From assembly GCF_018398935.1 (NCBI RefSeq), contig NZ_CP074694.1, positions 4,410,001 through 4,442,000 on the forward strand: a stretch of 32,000 nt of DNA, in the 5' to 3' direction. The stretch comes from Telmatocola sphagniphila. Lineage in GTDB: Bacteria > Planctomycetota > Planctomycetia > Gemmatales > Gemmataceae. The translations under genes and the position numbers were made by a program. Positions 29,666 through 32,000 of this stretch are shown here, piece after piece (the first letter of the stretch is position 1; each line of letters opens with the position of its first letter). A model generated the notes under the pieces. It ran no database searches and was not told the origin of the DNA. It saw only the letters and a list, made by a program, of their open reading frames with translations.

Positions 29666-32000
29666 TCAATTCTGGCGTTCCAACGCCAGTCGTGCCATGA
29701 GCCCGGACCAGTCCGCCCCCTTCGCTAGCTCTCGCAGGTACTCCCAGGCTTCGGGGGTACCGATTTTCTCAACGCATTCCACCAGTCGCACTGCCAATAT
29801 CTCATCGTTCGCCTGACGTGGAAAAATCGGCTGCTCCTGCATCTGCTTGAGCCATTCCCTTTCGTCCAGATCCCGGGATTCCTGCAACTTCTTTTCCAGC
29901 CATCCCGGCAAGATCGGAGTGAGTTTGACGAGCTCGGCATAAGCTTCCTGCCGGAGTCTATACTTGCGATCCTTCAATTGATTGTGCCACTGCGCCACCC
30001 GAACGGCATCCGGTCCGGGGTGCGGCTTGAAGTGGGTTTTGAAGTACTGGAGGGTCTCCGCGGGTTGATTTAAGGCGAAGCCCAACGCGGCGTACCAGCG
30101 AGTGGCGTCCTTTCCTTTCATGGCTTGATACATCTGATCGAAATTGGCGGGCGCAGGAGTCCGATAACGGGGAGACTGCGGATCGATATCCCAAAGTAGA
30201 ATCACACCGCTTTCCAGAGCCGTGGCAAAGAAACGGGAATCGCCGGAAAACTCACAATCGTTCACCGAAGTGTTCTCTCCCGGTCGGCTATACAACCAGG
30301 AGCGCACGATTTTGCCCGTCACGATCTCGGTCATCTGGATTTTCTGTTCGCCTGCATCGATGCTCAAGCAATAGCGGCCGTCCCGGGTGAAGGCCGCGCA
30401 TTGAAGGCTGGGAACCACCGGATTCCAGGTTCGACTGCTCTGCAGATCGATCAACCGGGCGGCGATCTCGTTATTGAACAGGGTGTTATTGAGATTGTTC
30501 AGAAATCGGCATTCCTTGCTGAAGGCTGCCCCGGGGCGTTTTTCGGCGGGGATTCTCTTCCCCGTTTCGGCATCGAAGTACAAGAGGGTATTCGGCTGAA
30601 GCAGACAGGCGATGATTTTTCCATCATTGCTGAATGAAAAATCGCGGAAGTTGACCCGGCTCATTTCCACATCCAGAAGCTTCGCGGAGTCGCCCCGCAA
30701 GACTGAAATCTTGCGATTCACAAAGTCCTGAAGCACGGCGGCCTGTCCATCGGCCGAGAGGACGATGGCCCCGGTATTCTCCGCTGGGAACTGACGGGTA
30801 TTCAATCGCCGACCGCTGCGCAGATCGTAGTCGATTATCTGGTTCTCGGTCGTGATGGCGGCGAGTCGATTGCCTCCATCGATAAAATTGAAAGCATTGA
30901 TCCCGCCATAAGGTTGCTGCGATTGTCTGGGGTGAAGATTCAGGTTGCTGTGAGTGCGAAACGTATAAGGGTTGCTGCCGCTTTCCCGTTCTTCCGCGAA
31001 ATGGGATTTGGGCCGCCAGCTCCAGATTCGCAAATTCTGGCTAGCGGCGGAGACCAGAAGCGGAAGCGTGGGATGAAACTTGAGCGAGGAAATCGTTTCG
31101 GTATGCCCCGGATCGATCAGCTCCCTGCCCGTGGCCCTATCCAGAAAGCGGATCACGCGCCCCAACTCGGTTGCAAAGGCAATTTTTTTACGATCCGGCG
31201 TGAAGGTCATGCAGCTGACGTTGCCCGAACCGTTGGTATTCCACTGTTTCCAGATCGGCTTGAAGGACGGGAACTCCGAAAGGCACAAGGCCCCGGAGAG
31301 ATCGACGAAGCAAATCTGCTTGTTGTCGATCATCGCGATGGGCACAAGATTCGTTCCATTATTCGCGTCCAACCGGGTGTCAAGTTGTTTGCGGACGATC
31401 ACCCGACCCCGACCTGCCGGATCGCGGTGCGGATTCGCAATCACCTGAAAGCCCTCGGGATAGCGGACGACCAGACTTTCTTCATCGGGCGTGAAGAAAA
31501 AGTGCAGCGGCTCCGAATGGCAATTGTGGACGGCATAGCGAAGCCGCCTGTTAGTCTCCAGATCCCAGAAAACAAAATCATTCGTGAAAGTTTCAAAGCC
31601 CTGATCGCGCGTTTCGACCATCGCGGCGAATCGACCGGAGTACGACAGGCTGCGCAAGACGTTCCCGTTCCACAAAAGTCGCTGCTCGAGCTTTTGAATC
31701 TTAAGAGGGGGGCCTACAGTAATTTTGGAGACTTCAATGCGCCCGCCCGCTCCATTGGGCGCATTGAGAAGCTCCATTTTCAAACCTATTTTCCCGTTAC
31801 CACTCAGCTCCATGAAGGAATTTCGGGGTTGGCTGTTGTCCTGGGACAGCAAATTCCGGGCTTTGCGGGTGCGCATATCGAACTGCAAGAGGTAGCCGGG
31901 TCCGTCGAGCGCCGTGAACACATAGCGGTCATCCAGGGAAGCTGCGACATGATTTCCCGAGAAGCCCATCCCTGGAAAGCCGATCTGGGATAGAGTTAAA
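29666..32000 (-). CDS. WD40/beta-propeller repeat protein with a helical C-terminal domain, probably 5'-truncated by the window edge
   Basis: Repeated beta-propeller-like segments (e.g. ISSLKFHPTLPLLVSAASQNLRIWSW, FFATALESGVILLWDI). The reading frame stays open upstream of the tracked ATG (31969) to base 32000 (...LTLSQIGFPG-MGFSG), so the true start may lie outside the window. Confidence 0.75.
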   Translation of the reverse strand, partial: LTLSQIGFPGMGFSGNHVAASLDDRYVFTALDGPGYLLQFDMRTRKARNLLSQDNSQPRNSFMELSGNGKIGLKMELLNAPNGAGGRIEVSKITVGPPLKIQKLEQRLLWNGNVLRSLSYSGRFAAMVETRDQGFETFTNDFVFWDLETNRRLRYAVHNCHSEPLHFFFTPDEESLVVRYPEGFQVIANPHRDPAGRGRVIVRKQLDTRLDANNGTNLVPIAMIDNKQICFVDLSGALCLSEFPSFKPIWKQWNTNGSGNVSCMTFTPDRKKIAFATELGRVIRFLDRATGRELIDPGHTETISSLKFHPTLPLLVSAASQNLRIWSWRPKSHFAEERESGSNPYTFRTHSNLNLHPRQSQQPYGGINAFNFIDGGNRLAAITTENQIIDYDLRSGRRLNTRQFPAENTGAIVLSADGQAAVLQDFVNRKISVLRGDSAKLLDVEMSRVNFRDFSFSNDGKIIACLLQPNTLLYFDAETGKRIPAEKRPGAAFSKECRFLNNLNNTLFNNEIAARLIDLQSSRTWNPVVPSLQCAAFTRDGRYCLSIDAGEQKIQMTEIVTGKIVRSWLYSRPGENTSVNDCEFSGDSRFFATALESGVILLWDIDPQSPRYRTPAPANFDQMYQAMKGKDATRWYAALGFALNQPAETLQYFKTHFKPHPGPDAVRVAQWHNQLKDRKYRLRQEAYAELVKLTPILPGWLEKKLQESRDLDEREWLKQMQEQPIFPRQANDEILAVRLVECVEKIGTPEAWEYLRELAKGADWSGLMARLALERQN

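Noticed and set aside
30914-31993. 359-aa + strand ORF antisense to the WD40 gene
   Set aside because: The minus frame is 767+ aa and repeat-structured. The + frame is Arg/Gly/Pro-rich shadow sequence.
1-32000. Search for tRNA/rRNA genes, transposases, integrases, toxin-antitoxin pairs or known defence-system genes
   Set aside because: No ORF carries the corresponding motifs, and I saw no tRNA-like conserved T-arm sequences in the intergenic regions. The AT-rich cluster and the tandem duplication have no visible mobility genes, so I cannot call either a mobile element.

Overview
The window looks like a chromosomal segment of a Planctomycetota-type genome. This is an inference from four things: a DUF1559/H-X9-DG pseudopilin-like gene with a prepilin N-terminus, a DUF1573-like gene, a Tat-signal Gfo/Idh/MocA oxidoreductase, and the Ser/Thr kinase and WD40 architectures. 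Most of the window is tightly packed housekeeping operons. These are asd-truA-aroA (minus strand, 7.6-10.6 kb), a five-gene minus-strand operon of creatininase-family / unknown membrane protein / aroK / prepilin peptidase / hisH (14.8-19.3 kb), and an ABC-F ATPase, a GT2 glycosyltransferase, a Ser/Thr kinase and a WD40 protein. I recognised no rRNA, tRNA, CRISPR array, transposase or integrase. Three regions are not ordinary. (1) 1-3.5 kb is an AT-rich four-gene cluster: DUF1573-like, Cys-rich secreted protein, C-terminally anchored protein, DUF1559 pseudopilin-like. Its first gene appears frameshifted. (2) 7.13-7.58 kb is an intergenic 170-bp tandem repeat built from perfect palindromes. (3) 11.4-14.8 kb is a 1.69-kb tandem duplication giving two mosaic paralogs. 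Each has a signal peptide, two roughly 115-aa helical repeats and a GH16-like domain in which both catalytic glutamate positions of the GH16 motif are substituted. Their 5' 0.9 kb and 3' flank are nearly identical, while the roughly 0.58-kb C-terminal core is strongly diverged and lower in GC. The second copy carries a 1-nt deletion in a C-run. A 56-aa basic ORF with a textbook terminator (6873-7082) is missing from the ORF track. All functional calls rest on motifs read by eye; no database search was possible.
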